Positions 31,301-38,420 of a stretch of 64,000 bases of DNA are shown here, piece by piece (position 1 is the first letter of the stretch; the number at the start of each line of letters is the position of its first letter). The notes below the pieces were generated by a model. The model had not been told where the DNA came from. It worked only from the letters and a program-made list of their open reading frames with translations, and did no database searches. A program made the translations under genes and the position numbers. The DNA is from a virus, in IMG/VR virus record IMGVR_UViG_3300047353_000337, positions 1 through 64,000 of that record. One strand, given 5' to 3'.

Positions 31301-31413
31301 AAATTGTCAGAAGACAAGGAAAACGCTGGACAGACCCAGGAATTTCACTTAATGATGCGGAAAGTTTGGTAGCACGTTTCTTTAAGGCGGAAAAGGTGGA
31401 GCTACCCAAATAA
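16372..31413 (+). CDS. Giant 5013-aa virion structural protein (baseplate wedge gp7-position / adhesin-like)
   Basis: Uninterrupted 15-kb ORF after gp6; LLPRYFRT N-terminus; FG-GAP-like blades, CBM5/12-like W...Y..G..V motifs, GxGY...P repeats, GDGST..F Ig-like repeats. Confidence 0.75.
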   Translation: MAQDESPIPTSGDAKRRTADLLPRYFRTTANKKFLSSTIDQLTQPGSIEKIDGYIGRRDAKAFKSTDNYVSDVSAEREDYQLEPIATVTDNLGNTTYYGDYRDYINSSKIRNTDNIDHSLYSSQEYYAWDPHINWDKFVNFREYYWLPSGPNEVPVYGTARNIISTFAVARQDNVDNNSYIFSKENKVSNPTLTLYRGQTYNFDIDAIDMPLSIRTSNSINDDTNLYNIGVSQQKVEQGSITWTVDLESPNALYYTNGNDPEASGLIIIKDIRDNTQLNVGEEIIGKKTYTMQNGYELTNGMKVKFYGTITPAKYGEGNWYVEGVGESITLIAEEDLVITADYLTDVSTEFDAQGFSALPFDDATSYAILKDYIVVNKASKDGNQWSRYNKWTHKSVIETIAAVNNVPVVLDQTYRATRPIIEFDAGLKLYNFGTQSKTSVDVVDTVTKDVFSNIEGQAGYFVDGVELVTGMRVLFTADPDSFVAGKIYEVGFISQNGQAQIALKETTDTTPLTNETVLVKAGTNYKGKIFYYNGTTWKQTQDKIKVNQQPLFDLYNDAGAQLSTLESSTFAGNKVFSYKVGTGTNDSQLGFPLSYRTIENSGDIVFDFNLLADTYQYDEVADVFTVSTDTALLRQYTGRTSYTNVSGWTKAPTKSTQPVVEQFTVAERTNNFIIDVYLNSGNLNDLDIKVYVNSTRKRDGVDYTINRVNGYAYVAFYTDLVESDKLVLKTTSSAKKIQGLGHYEFPINFEKNPQNENVTTFTLGEVLDHVDSIVDNVSGFKGLYPGVSNLRDLGTPSKYGLKFVQHSGPVNLALYNLTDKDYDAIEAMKWSGFEYIKFKREFLRTANDLGFEGYDKVHVDKVLTELNLNKTNKDAFYFSDMLAHGGETTVRHAIEDESQTIFSLANGIDFTTLSEKAVLAYLNEKQLVLNKDYTVSTDGFLTLLNAPSAGDVLDVYEYVSTDGCWVPPTPTKLGLYPKFTPEIFLDDTYIKTPTDVTGPYKIYGRDETTTLSYKGKVGWFYPLYTDEVSAQQADIAASGNGTAHVHIFAGSNKLFYMPNGTMNHATNDSQLYSEYEGARAMLQGHDGSLWRCFGDFRDNLLLDLEKRIYNNLKLPYNENIFNIADYVSSKNRNTGFTRRQVSKTMISEFNSWLETVGSPDYVSNTVYRAGDGFTYNYASAGDPNNNPLTGFWRSIYKDFYNTDRPHSHPWEILGFKEKPIWFDSEYGSAPYTSSNLLLWEDLSKGIVRGVEGSKVTYRNKFKNEDIYKYIPVDANGNLLAPSATGYAVGNVPTTNGNEFAFGDEGPVETAWRRSSHYPFSLMISWALNQPAQFFGLAFDRSRIVRNGADQLVYKDTSKRIELNKLVFPNSATDSARVFTAGIVNYMQGYLIDNDTLKFNEYTKSLKVVENKLGSKIGGFTQKSKFKLILDSRTPTNEGNVFVPEENYKIHLTKSIPLNVYSYSGVIIEIAPGGYILKGYDKDNPVFKYYPVRRKNSDVVINVGGVSENFLTWTTGKTYQVGQIVEISDSYYRVKISHTAGNAFNQDNFQKLAELPEEGGATAYVSTNFEPELQEMQYGTLVREKQDVVDLLLGYQRYLTSVGFKFDNFNQEIEEIENWVLSAKEFLFWTTQAWDSGTILTLSPSARQIEFAKEYTVVDDIYDNFYDYSLLKADGKRLLADFATTERDNTNDFGIFVRNTNDGIYHLKIPVVQHEHAIIIDNNTIFGDVIYNRAQGYRQERIKVKGYRSDEWNGSYNIPGFIFDDATPTEWTSWQDYSIGALVKYKQFYYVAPKNITGTEKFVDSNWVRLNEKPEQQLLPNFDYKARQFADFYDLDSDNFDIEQQKLAQHLTGYQKRKYLENIINDDISQYKFYQGAIQDKGTRNVLTKLFDKLGSANKDSLEFYEEWAVRVGRYGATTGDEQFDLILDEEKYRQEPQLIELVDAINPQDTSLIYRLDRNGVYVTPDNYDHKPLPTKYFNDDNSYTKSAGYVNPLDVTASLVSYDAILDQTLYASGSYIWTATDKSQQTWGVYKTQSTDYRITAVTESQQNIFTVTLDKQANFTKGDIIGIHDISDATNGYYKVDSTELNVVKLASVEGEDVEATEADAEVNGFITELKKARLSTLSLANDSIKKDPNNLFSLTGNNNATNTIWVDDDDTGKWIVLKNRQVFELKPNIINTAAGLLDSTEKDFGSAFSVSKNNNRIAITAPKDLNGSVYVYQRPSDNTEFGFLQQIDEQLFLFDSNGGFGQSVAMSPDGKYLAIGSPHASNVKSKLKGDFENNISYLQNDIVLYSSQLWKAARNIEADALQLYQNHSSNAQAKGNDYISDTQSYPEIEYIVRGDYTLGANSDTDHILVRAEKEQFEGTKIGDILTLKWNQYTATNLAGNLPFNNDSTLTQTLLNGQHTIANKVQHIVHIQSALSVPDAGTEITTDTCRATLAYRRTNDENEMQVYIKNVNGAFTGSGSIYANGILVGEYEEVLQITDDYHTGWWYIDVGSSFNSTELTEKNANLVIQNITLEGNVVNDPYFSNILDTKQLQNILNPTKVSELGILSHTQGQSNVQVLDSKWWIRTPLVHGNSISVGDKTRVWLNDIRVNGVVQDPTAIGLTSTYINDTEHTVIDVWNGYVEVRLTNFDLNGDPFIPNVGDTLTDTATGSTAEIAYIERSFATAKIYVKNRNGTWAVGSDFGTNSNATFIENDSTVRTIGPINSAHMENSISGPLLILDTATNIPVVIGGANYLRDLEYWIYSSNSIAGITDTANPPSNLNLDWTRVYNLPVVAEGYETGLNEQGTFAIYEIKGVTYSLINYFTVPNSANNRKLGTKLRFVQPNSDSYKLYIHAEGDATEENQGRIYFVNKNSTEDWALSVQKNYRGTFRTSATYFENEYVRFGETVYKANTNLIPGTFNVSQWTAQTTGLDLLGYVPNDTNFSLVESTLDQNNLEAFGTDFDVNANGQVLVANSMYTSVYEIESGDAVIGLDSSIANRKVVVYRLNDSSYEYSQILEPFNQTEDFGTSIAVSEDGTKIAVGAPLNSEIESNAGAVYIYTQNGTTFSYSQTIRPVTIQPNSQFGFKLDFDGNTLAVTSRGGDIVTATTFDANSTSLDNASTAFKVTDRGSGVVGLYETVNNTLLYSQDFAYNLDTQDFGNRMLVNNNHVYIGLPKQQIPNSSVIDKGLVAEYRKPLNTESWAITRQPVLPVDTSKFKGVYLYNVTDNSLITYLDYIDPIQGKIAGPAEQELTFKTSYDPARYSNTTTDSGITAHPLDYTSDKWIGKLWWDIDSAKFINHHQGDITESTATFNKLFAGTTVDVYEWVESTLLPSAWDAQTDDETALDQGISGTTLYGDGAYSVRRKFDTVSQTFTTYYYYWVLNKATLPNVENRLLSASNVTRLISDPAGLGYKFVAMLGSNRYALHNCESFINNRDTAISFNWWTIENQQQQTHLQYQLITDGLDTSVPNSEIEQKWFDSLVGFDKNDRPVPDINLPVKEKYGSLNEPRQSWFVNRTEARKQFVERTNNSLSKNLIVDDFDLTKLTGFDPQPTVATGLYDTTSDSYAEIRFVSVARVKPASLTLEVENGVIINVLINDAGAGYINVPTYKITDTGGSGCVLEFTLDANGAISDVTIVNGGRDYTSSVAVTIRKFAVLVKSDETIGGKWSVYQWDGTEYLRTLTQSYDINLYWNYVDWYSPGYNQFTFINHTIDSSFQIYALDDQIDDIIKINNVGTGGWLLLRKISNADTQDYTLSYQTIGRENGTIAFKNSLYDVNASNTAFDGASFDKIFYDTEPNTEFRKILEILKSDIFVDNLSIYWNELFFAGIRYVFSEQPNVDWVFKTSFVKAKHNIGELQQKVTFQNDSLPSYQKYVEEMKPYKTKIREYLSSYEKVDPASNVITDFDLSPFYSDSEGKIIPQDVKIINGEISVGDANVLTYPGKHWIDTVGFEVISFNIADAGQGYTVAPKIIITGGGGTGATAEAFIGTNGKVTSVKVTNTGSGYLTSPTVQIIGSFGDTGTVARLSPVLGKGKARSAHIRCKFDRVTGNYLFQTLIETETFTSTIDQQIFNLKWPVQLKATEIKVTVDGLEALRSEYAFSNVEDTTKGYTRTSGRITFTNALAVGKTVVITYNKAPELLQAQDRINLYYNPTTGMYGNDLGQLIEGIDYGGVEVSSFNFGTGSGWDSDEWFTTTYDTFDTTFEDEIFQIGDDSTRVLNFASPLVSGTIYNVYKNGVRIDDPNYGTASQKNVNAKITSITGAGQTGVALYDDAGDLASSIIVLNEEDIPTGSGDILVFRKTTSDGAFLPDPRSYDTVLTGGDLAFSTARGINPEEIIIDGDDFISPTTSKGPEEQVPGQVLDTVNIRVFHRPKDGGSILSSNSYRTDGIIGSYNFGIQPQNKDGLIVKIGDVIQSQSLYTVDYRTKTVKFNTVPNINQDVNILSISGNGKNSLEQNEFRGDGSTLAYVTKIHYDKKLDFYATVNGELVESVLASSGDSTEKDPKAMIVFGSPPPDNSIINFAIYTAVDSFSKIETSEFVGDGSTKVFTLAKTPYSAKPNSHNVIVKQGNKILNPGYNQQFPITALQREYYLEIWQTPIGSFDNSDLLVLLNGVELTIAVEYNIRPANSSVILEPGIGAEGDILEVYLRTDGEYAFGDIQVINNQNTWVDSGANLQLITAPAEGEKLTVYTFNKHDSMDFERQNFDVVARSVISVGTEDHIQFNHIKAGLVKLRYPAIDAQYVWLTINGILQTPSVDYKLTDDRNFVKYNGSFADNDVVEVIQFSSQGEITPKFGFSQFKDILNRNIYKRLGDVAPLKLAKDLATFDKEIFLDDASNLSQPDKNSSIPGILFINGERIEYLIKQGNVLRQIQRGTLGTGVASIHEAGSDVYNQGPIQTAPYMDQTIVDEQIGDGSTTVFPLAFTPKSVNEFEVFVAGKRLRKNAVQVFNPALDQDSPEADETALAEFSVDGTTASVTLLNTPVVNANIKIVRRQGKRWTDPGISLNDAESLVARFFKAEKVELPK

Positions 31414-31421
31414 ATACAGTA
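31409..31421 (+). promoter_or_regulatory. Putative late promoter overlapping the giant gene's stop codon
   Basis: AATAAATACAGTA, identical to 12775-12787. Confidence 0.6.
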
Positions 31422-31433
31422 TAGGACAAAGGT

Positions 31434-32045
31434 ATGATTGATAACATAAAAGAAGAAAACGGAGTAATGCTCCAAGGACATATTAAAATTTCGAACCCTG
31501 AAACGGGCGAAGTTATAGTCGATAAACGTAATGCTATCCACTATGAGAACATGAGTATATCTCTTGCAGAAAGTTTAGCTAATGCAGGGCAAGGTACCAT
31601 TTATCAAATGGCATTTGGCAACGGAGGAACTAGTATTGACCCAACTGGAATTATTACATACCTAACACCTAACAGTACAGGTACTAATGCTAGCCTTTAT
31701 AACCAAACGTTTATTAAAGTTGTTGATGATAGAAGTGTTAATAACACAGATCCTGCAAGAAACAAAATTGAATCAAGGCATGTAAGTGGCACTAACTATA
31801 CAGATATCGTTGTTAGTTGTTTGCTTGATTACGGTGAACCATCAGGACAAGATGCTATTGACAATGCAACTAATGCTGATAGTTTATATGTATTTGATGA
31901 ATTAGGATTAGTAAGTTATCTACCATCAGGACAAGGTAGACTGTTAACACATGTAATTTTCCACCCAGTACAAAAGAGTTTGAATAGACTTATCCAAATT
32001 GATTATACTGTGCGTGTACAAAGTTTATCGGGGTTTAACGAATAA
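31434..32045 (+). CDS. Virion structural protein (baseplate/fibre attachment)
   Basis: GHIKI...KRNAIH, MAFGNGG, FDELGL, LLTHVIFHPVQKS..R.IQIDYTVR pattern; structural operon. Confidence 0.6.
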   Translation: MIDNIKEENGVMLQGHIKISNPETGEVIVDKRNAIHYENMSISLAESLANAGQGTIYQMAFGNGGTSIDPTGIITYLTPNSTGTNASLYNQTFIKVVDDRSVNNTDPARNKIESRHVSGTNYTDIVVSCLLDYGEPSGQDAIDNATNADSLYVFDELGLVSYLPSGQGRLLTHVIFHPVQKSLNRLIQIDYTVRVQSLSGFNE

Positions 32046-34126
32046 TGGCATATACAATTAACTACTCAGACACGAATAAGGGAACTATCTCAATTGAAGA
32101 TAGTACAATTAATCAGCAAACAAGTCTAGATATTCCTGGACGTAACACTACTAGTTATGGGTCAGTTATTGCCGAAAACTTTTTAAAGCAATTAGAAAAC
32201 TTTGCTAATACATCAGCACCAAGAAATCCGATACAAGGACAGTTATGGTACGACAGTTCAACAGGAATTGATACACTTAAACTATACGATGGTACAGGTT
32301 GGGTTAACGCTAGTGGACTTAAAAAAGGAAACACAGCACCAGACGTATCAAATGCACTACAAGGCGACCTTTGGTCAGACACAGACAACAATCAGTTATA
32401 TATTTTTACAGGTAGTGGTTGGACACTAGTTGGACCAGAATACAGTGATGGTTTATTAACAGGCGCAAAGCCTGTTGTAGTAACAGGTAAAGACGAAGTA
32501 CTTTATACTATACTACAACTTGAAGTAGGCGGCAATCCTATTGCAATTTATTCTACTAGAACATTCCAACCGAAAAGTACTATTCCGGGATTTACAATTA
32601 TTCAGCCTGGACTAAACTTATCTACAGCAAACATTGGCGGCGATGGCATAGCTAAGTATTTAGGTACAAGTGAAAAAGCAGAAAATTTAGTTATTGCTGG
32701 TGCAAGCGTTGCGGCAAGTAACTTTTTAAGATCAGACGTAGCAAGTACATCATCACAAAAATTAACAATTAGTAATAACTCAGGAATACAAGTAGGACAG
32801 GATGCTATTGTTACATTTGATGTGCAAGGTACATCAGGTGTTGTTACTAATTTAACATCAGGTGCACCAATTGACTTTAAAGTTAATAACTTAGGTGTAC
32901 AGAAAAATGTTATTAGAATTGACTCAACTGAAAAGGTCGGTATTAACACACTATCACCTGCAGAAGCACTAGACGTAGCAGGTTCTATACAAGCAAGTAC
33001 AAACTTAATTGTACAAGGCACAACAGATAGTGCAAGTATTGGAACTGGAGCAGTTAAAATTAGCGGTGGTGTTGGTATTGCTAAAAAGTTATTTGTTGGT
33101 ACAGACTTAAATGTTGCAGGATCAAGCATAGTAGGTGCAGTAACACCAATTGCAACACAACAATATTCCTTAGGTACAAGCGACAAACGTTGGTCAGCAG
33201 TACATGCAGTTGAATTTAGAGGTAACTTAATTGGTAATATTACAGGTACAGTTACAGGTGGAGCGGCAAATGCTAATAAACTTACAAGTGCATCAACATT
33301 CCAACTATCCGGAGATGTAAGTTCTAATCAAATTACATTTGATGGACAAATTGGCGGAACTACAAAAACATTTAACACAGCAATTAGTAATACGTTTATT
33401 GCTAACAAGACACTTGCTACAACACCTAACACAGATGATGAAATTATTATTAACAGAATCTCAGGTGATGACACAGGTGTGTTTAAGATTTCACAAGCGG
33501 CACTAGTTAGTAGTGTTCCTGTTATACCAGTTGGAACTATTGTACCGTTTGGCGGAGTTAACACTCCAGCAGGTTGGGTATTGTGCGACGGTACAGAAGT
33601 TAGAATTTCTGATTATTTAAATTTATACAATGCTATACAATATCAATTTAAAGACCAAAGTCAAGTTGCATCAGGCTTTTTTGGACTACCAGACTTTAGA
33701 GGTAGATTTCCATTAGGTGCTGATAACATGGGCGGGTCGAGTGCTAATAGAGTATCAGATGTTAACGCTGATACAGTTGGACTAGCATCAGGAGTTGAAA
33801 GTAGAGCAATTGACGTTAAAAACTTACCAGAACACGAACACGATTTAAGATCACCAAAAGGTGCTCAGTTCTATGTTATACTAGATGATAGTGGTGCACA
33901 ACAAGATGCTGATACTATTCCATATGATGCACCAACAGGATCAGGCGCAGGCCAAGCAAGAACTTCAAGTGGTGGATTACTTAACAGAAGAAACATTGTT
34001 TATAATAGTAATACAGGACTAGAAGAATTTGAAACGTTTGATATTACAGAACTTGGAACTCCGTATAATGTTATGAATCCGTTCTTAACAGTCAAATATA
34101 TTATCTATACAGGAGTAGGGGGCTAA
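32045..34126 (+). CDS. Tail fibre / baseplate protein with phage tail-collar domain
   Basis: PVGTIVPFGG...PAGWVLCDG...LPDFRGRFPLG collar; LPEHEH; N-terminal domain shared with the next two genes. Confidence 0.8.
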   Translation: MAYTINYSDTNKGTISIEDSTINQQTSLDIPGRNTTSYGSVIAENFLKQLENFANTSAPRNPIQGQLWYDSSTGIDTLKLYDGTGWVNASGLKKGNTAPDVSNALQGDLWSDTDNNQLYIFTGSGWTLVGPEYSDGLLTGAKPVVVTGKDEVLYTILQLEVGGNPIAIYSTRTFQPKSTIPGFTIIQPGLNLSTANIGGDGIAKYLGTSEKAENLVIAGASVAASNFLRSDVASTSSQKLTISNNSGIQVGQDAIVTFDVQGTSGVVTNLTSGAPIDFKVNNLGVQKNVIRIDSTEKVGINTLSPAEALDVAGSIQASTNLIVQGTTDSASIGTGAVKISGGVGIAKKLFVGTDLNVAGSSIVGAVTPIATQQYSLGTSDKRWSAVHAVEFRGNLIGNITGTVTGGAANANKLTSASTFQLSGDVSSNQITFDGQIGGTTKTFNTAISNTFIANKTLATTPNTDDEIIINRISGDDTGVFKISQAALVSSVPVIPVGTIVPFGGVNTPAGWVLCDGTEVRISDYLNLYNAIQYQFKDQSQVASGFFGLPDFRGRFPLGADNMGGSSANRVSDVNADTVGLASGVESRAIDVKNLPEHEHDLRSPKGAQFYVILDDSGAQQDADTIPYDAPTGSGAGQARTSSGGLLNRRNIVYNSNTGLEEFETFDITELGTPYNVMNPFLTVKYIIYTGVGG

Positions 34127-34127
34127 T

Positions 34128-35969
34128 ATGGCATATCAAATTAATAAGACTAGTGGTGCATTACTTGTTAACCTAGCAGATGGACAGATTGACGTATCAA
34201 CTACTGATATCACACTAATTGGTAAAAACTACACAGGATTTGGCGAAAGTATAAACGAAAACTTTGTTAAAATGTTAGAAAATTTTGCAAACGTTTCTTC
34301 TCCGGCTAATCCACTTGCAGGACAAATTTGGTGGGATACATCAAACAGTAGGATAAAAGTTTACACAGGCACTGACTGGACTACAGGCGGTGGACCAATT
34401 GTACAACCTACACAGCCAACAATGGTTGCTGGCGACATGTGGATTAATAATGATGCAAATCAGCTTTATTTCTTTGACGGAACAGACTTAGAACTAGCAG
34501 GACCAATTTACAATGCATTCCAAGGTAAGTCTGGACCTGAAGTAATTACAGTACTTGACCAAACAGGTACAAGTAGAACTATTGTAAAATATTGGATTGG
34601 CGGATCATTTGTAGGTTTATGGAGTAAAGTTGCATTTATACCACAAAACGTAGATACTATTCCCGGATTTACAGGTAACGTTGTTAAAGGATTTAACGTT
34701 GTTGACGCAGACTTTATTTTTGCTGGCACAGCATCAAAAACATCAGCACTAGTTGATAGTAATAATGTATCAAGAACAGCGGCACAATTCCTTGCAAGTG
34801 ACTCAGATGATGCAACATCTGGTGCGTTAACAGTTAGAAACAACAATGGACTTACAGTAGGACTTACAGATAACAATGTTGTAAAAGTAACATCAGAAGG
34901 TGTTGTAAACGAAAATAATGTTAGTAATCAAAACTACACATTTAGAATGACCACAAGTAGTGGTAAAACTGATGCAATGACAATTGATTCTACTAACAAT
35001 AGAATTGGTATCTATAATACAAGCCCAACACAAACATTAGATGTTGGCGGCAACTTACGTGTAGCAGGAAGTTTAATTGTTGACGGTGATACTACTAGTA
35101 TCGATGTACAAACATTATTAGTAAGAGATAAAAGTATTGAACTTGCCAAAGGCGACGACAGTACATTATTAGATGACACAGGAGTTGATCAAGCTGGATT
35201 TACAATAGCATCGTCAAACGGTACTAAAGAATTTTTATGGCGTAACTCAACAAATGCATTTACGTCAAATGTTAGTCTTAACTTAACAGGCGGAAGTTCA
35301 CTTAAATTTAATGGTGTTGATATTATTACAGGATCAGCAGGTGTTGGTATTACAAGTATTGGTGCGTTAACATCAGCTAACATTGGTAGTTTTAGTTTTA
35401 CAGGCGGTAACAACCTAACTACAACAACAGTTGATGGTAGTGGTAATGGTATAAACTTAACTGCGGCAGGCAATATTAACCTTGTTACAGCAAGGCAGAT
35501 TAGAAATGTTAGTGACCCAACAGCAGATCAAGACGTTGCAACTAAAGCATATGTTGATAGTAGTATTAATTTAGAAGTAATAGCACTAGCATTAGATGTT
35601 ACAGGACTAGGTACAGCAGGTACTAGCCAACAGCATACGAATATTGCTACTATTTTAAATGATATTTCACCTGCAAATACAAAGCAAGACGGTACAGAAG
35701 CTAGAATTCACTGTACAACTACTACAGGTGCTACAGCAACACTAACTGGATCAGCTTTGAACACAGCATTTAACGAAAGTACAACACTTGTACAGCAAAA
35801 AGACAACAGCGGCAATGATGATGGGTCTGTAAGTGTTATTCAAAGTGCTACATTTAATGATGCTACTGGTAACATTACATCTACAGTAACAAGAACACTA
35901 AAATTATTTAGAGTAAGTTCAGGAGCATGGGGATATGTGCAAGACTTAACTCCAGGCGCTTTGGTATAA
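34128..35969 (+). CDS. Tail fibre / baseplate protein (paralog)
   Basis: Shared N-terminus MAYQIN...GKNYTGFGE..NENF..MLENF...P..GQIWWD; RIGIYNTSP and VSDPTADQDVATKAYVD fibre motifs. Confidence 0.7.
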   Translation: MAYQINKTSGALLVNLADGQIDVSTTDITLIGKNYTGFGESINENFVKMLENFANVSSPANPLAGQIWWDTSNSRIKVYTGTDWTTGGGPIVQPTQPTMVAGDMWINNDANQLYFFDGTDLELAGPIYNAFQGKSGPEVITVLDQTGTSRTIVKYWIGGSFVGLWSKVAFIPQNVDTIPGFTGNVVKGFNVVDADFIFAGTASKTSALVDSNNVSRTAAQFLASDSDDATSGALTVRNNNGLTVGLTDNNVVKVTSEGVVNENNVSNQNYTFRMTTSSGKTDAMTIDSTNNRIGIYNTSPTQTLDVGGNLRVAGSLIVDGDTTSIDVQTLLVRDKSIELAKGDDSTLLDDTGVDQAGFTIASSNGTKEFLWRNSTNAFTSNVSLNLTGGSSLKFNGVDIITGSAGVGITSIGALTSANIGSFSFTGGNNLTTTTVDGSGNGINLTAAGNINLVTARQIRNVSDPTADQDVATKAYVDSSINLEVIALALDVTGLGTAGTSQQHTNIATILNDISPANTKQDGTEARIHCTTTTGATATLTGSALNTAFNESTTLVQQKDNSGNDDGSVSVIQSATFNDATGNITSTVTRTLKLFRVSSGAWGYVQDLTPGALV

Positions 35970-35972
35970 ATA
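35965..35972 (+). promoter_or_regulatory. T4-type late promoter TATAAATA
   Basis: Exact consensus overlapping the stop of 34128-35969. Confidence 0.65.
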
Positions 35973-35998
35973 CATATAACACAATTAGGGGTTTATAA

Positions 35999-37483
35999 AT
36001 GGCATACGTAATAAATTTAACAAATGGAGGGTCGTTAGTAACGGTTGAAGACGGCACCATTGACCAGAGTACTTCACTTAAATTAGTAGGTAAGAACTAT
36101 GCTGGATATGGTGAGATTCAAAACGAAAACTTTATCCATTTACTAGAAAACTTTTCTAGTGCAAATCAACCAGCAGGTCCACTATCTGGACAGATTTGGT
36201 TTGATAATTCATTAAAAAAATTAAAGTTCTATGACGGAACTAAGTTTAGAACAACAGGTGGAGCTGAAATTTCCACAACACAGCCAGTTGGTTTAACAAC
36301 AGGTGATTTTTGGTGGGATACTAGCAATAATCAACTATATGCACAGAACTCCGATGGTGGATTTGTCCTAATTGGTCCACAATCTATTGGTGAAACAGTT
36401 AGTGCTATGGTTACTGCACAGGTACGTGATAGCAACCAAGTAAACAGAACTATTATTAAAGGTACTGTTGATGATGGTGTTGTGTTTATTGTTAGCAACT
36501 CAGAATTTACTATTGATACTACTGATCCAGCAAACGTTATATCTGGTTTTGATGTAGTACGTCAAGGACTTACCCTAAGAAATACAACTAGTTCAGCAAA
36601 TGGTGTTACTAGCTCGGCACATAGATTCCATGGTACAGCAACTAATGCTGAAGCATTAGGCGGTGTTATAGCGGCAAACTTTGTACAAAATACGCCAGGA
36701 CAAGAAAGTTCATTTGGTGAAATTGTAAGGTTTGCAGACGCAGGATTTACAGTTGGTGCGGCAAACGATTTAAAAGTTCATATTGATACAGCAGGTGCAG
36801 GTAATGAAGGTATTATTGATAACACAGTTGGGCAGAAAATTAGATTTAAAGTTAAGTCAACTGGCGGAGTAACAACAGAAACATTCCATATTCAAGCAAC
36901 TGGACTTATTCCAACAACTACAGCAACTTTTGACATAGGTGATGCAAACTATAAATGGAGAAACATGTATGCAACTTCATTTAACGGATTAGCAACGCAG
37001 GCGATTGCACTACAAGTTGGATCAAATTATAGAACGGGTGATGTAAATGCAACAAACAATACAGTTGCAGTGCGTGACTCAAGTGGTAACATATCAGCAA
37101 ACGTATTTAACGGTGTATCAACAAGTGCAAGATATGCTGACTTAGCAGAAAAATATACAACAGACCAAGAATATCCAGTAGGCACAGCAATGTGTGTAGG
37201 AGGAGAAGCTGAAACTACAGCGGCAAAGACAAGTAGTCATTGCATTGGTGTTATATCTACAGAACCTGCATATTTAATGAACAGTGAAGCAGAAGGTCAA
37301 GCAATTGGTCTTAAAGGGCGTGTTCCAGTAAGAGTAAAAGGTATTGTAGCAAAAGGTGATCCAATTTACGCTTGGGAAGATGGAGTATGTTCAACTGTTG
37401 CGGCAACAAGTTTAGTTGGTATTGCACTAGAAGCTAGTGACGATGAGTCAGAAAAGCTAATAGAGTGTGTACTTAAAGTATAA
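35999..37483 (+). CDS. Tail fibre protein (paralog) with C-terminal peptidase-G2/intramolecular-chaperone-like domain
   Basis: Shared N-terminus; C-terminal ARYADLAEKY...IGVISTEPAYLMN...GRVPVRV.G...KGD. Confidence 0.7.
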   Translation: MAYVINLTNGGSLVTVEDGTIDQSTSLKLVGKNYAGYGEIQNENFIHLLENFSSANQPAGPLSGQIWFDNSLKKLKFYDGTKFRTTGGAEISTTQPVGLTTGDFWWDTSNNQLYAQNSDGGFVLIGPQSIGETVSAMVTAQVRDSNQVNRTIIKGTVDDGVVFIVSNSEFTIDTTDPANVISGFDVVRQGLTLRNTTSSANGVTSSAHRFHGTATNAEALGGVIAANFVQNTPGQESSFGEIVRFADAGFTVGAANDLKVHIDTAGAGNEGIIDNTVGQKIRFKVKSTGGVTTETFHIQATGLIPTTTATFDIGDANYKWRNMYATSFNGLATQAIALQVGSNYRTGDVNATNNTVAVRDSSGNISANVFNGVSTSARYADLAEKYTTDQEYPVGTAMCVGGEAETTAAKTSSHCIGVISTEPAYLMNSEAEGQAIGLKGRVPVRVKGIVAKGDPIYAWEDGVCSTVAATSLVGIALEASDDESEKLIECVLKV

Positions 37484-37486
37484 GTA
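37479..37486 (+). promoter_or_regulatory. Putative late promoter variant TATAAGTA
   Basis: Overlaps the stop of 35999-37483, upstream of AGGA RBS. Confidence 0.45.
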
Positions 37487-37502
37487 TTAAAAAGGAAGCA
37501 TT

Positions 37503-38417
37503 ATGGCAGTAGGCGATACAATTACCGCGGCGCGGTATAACATTATTCAAGCAAGAATAGCGGCAGTTATTGGATTAGGTTCTGGTGACGAAGGCTATGG
37601 ACAAGCCCGTACAAGTAGTACAGCGGCAGTAGGTGCTACAATTACAGCACAAGACATGGCAAATTTGTTTACTGACATGAACAAGATTAGATTACATCAA
37701 TCAGGATCAGTTCCTACAGAAATTATAGCACCAAGTGTAGGTGATACAGTTGAAGATTCAAACTCAACTTCAAAAGAAGGTTATGTACAGTACGAAACAT
37801 TAAGTACAACATGCCAAGCATCAAGATTAACTGCGGCATCAGGCCAACTAGGATTGCAAGCAGGTACAAGTAGTCAAAGAACAGCAAGCTGGTCAACAGA
37901 TATTAATCATATTTTTACTGTTACTTTTGGTGGATATGCAGTTACTAATGGAGACGGAAGTACTACAACAGTTAGTGGTGCAGATCATATGCGTGTGTTT
38001 TTCAATGCAGGCGGCACAATAAATTTAAGTGGTACAATTGGTAGTGGTAGTACAACTATTAACAATGACTGGCGTAACTTAATGACGAGTGTTGGTACAG
38101 TTGTATTTGGAAGATCAACTACTTCAAATGGTTCAGTAGGTACTAACTATGGGTATTCAAACTTACCTACAGGTTACACAACACTTTTTAATAAAACTGC
38201 AAGTGCGTATAGTGCAAACGATTACTTAATTGAAGGTCAAAAGAACGGTGCAGTTTTAACATTCCGTGTTACATTTAACGAAGATAAAGGTCCAAATCCA
38301 AACTATGACGAAGCAGTTACAGCAACTACAACTAGTACTGTACAGTTAAATAGACCTAACAATGCCAGCAGTGTAAATATTGCCGCGCCAACTTTCGCCA
38401 ATACAAACAACCTATAA
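37503..38417 (+). CDS. Virion structural protein (Thr/Ser/Gly-rich, fibre-associated)
   Basis: GDTITAARYN, GYGQ, R.FFNAGG.I motifs; composition typical of virion proteins. Confidence 0.55.
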   Translation: MAVGDTITAARYNIIQARIAAVIGLGSGDEGYGQARTSSTAAVGATITAQDMANLFTDMNKIRLHQSGSVPTEIIAPSVGDTVEDSNSTSKEGYVQYETLSTTCQASRLTAASGQLGLQAGTSSQRTASWSTDINHIFTVTFGGYAVTNGDGSTTTVSGADHMRVFFNAGGTINLSGTIGSGSTTINNDWRNLMTSVGTVVFGRSTTSNGSVGTNYGYSNLPTGYTTLFNKTASAYSANDYLIEGQKNGAVLTFRVTFNEDKGPNPNYDEAVTATTTSTVQLNRPNNASSVNIAAPTFANTNNL

Positions 38418-38420
38418 GAG

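Noticed and set aside
16372-31413. Intein or stop-codon recoding explaining the giant ORF
   Set aside because: No intein C-terminal HN-C/S/T motif with LAGLIDADG blocks noticed; ORFs are long and tile the window under the standard code, with TAA, TGA and TAG all used as stops
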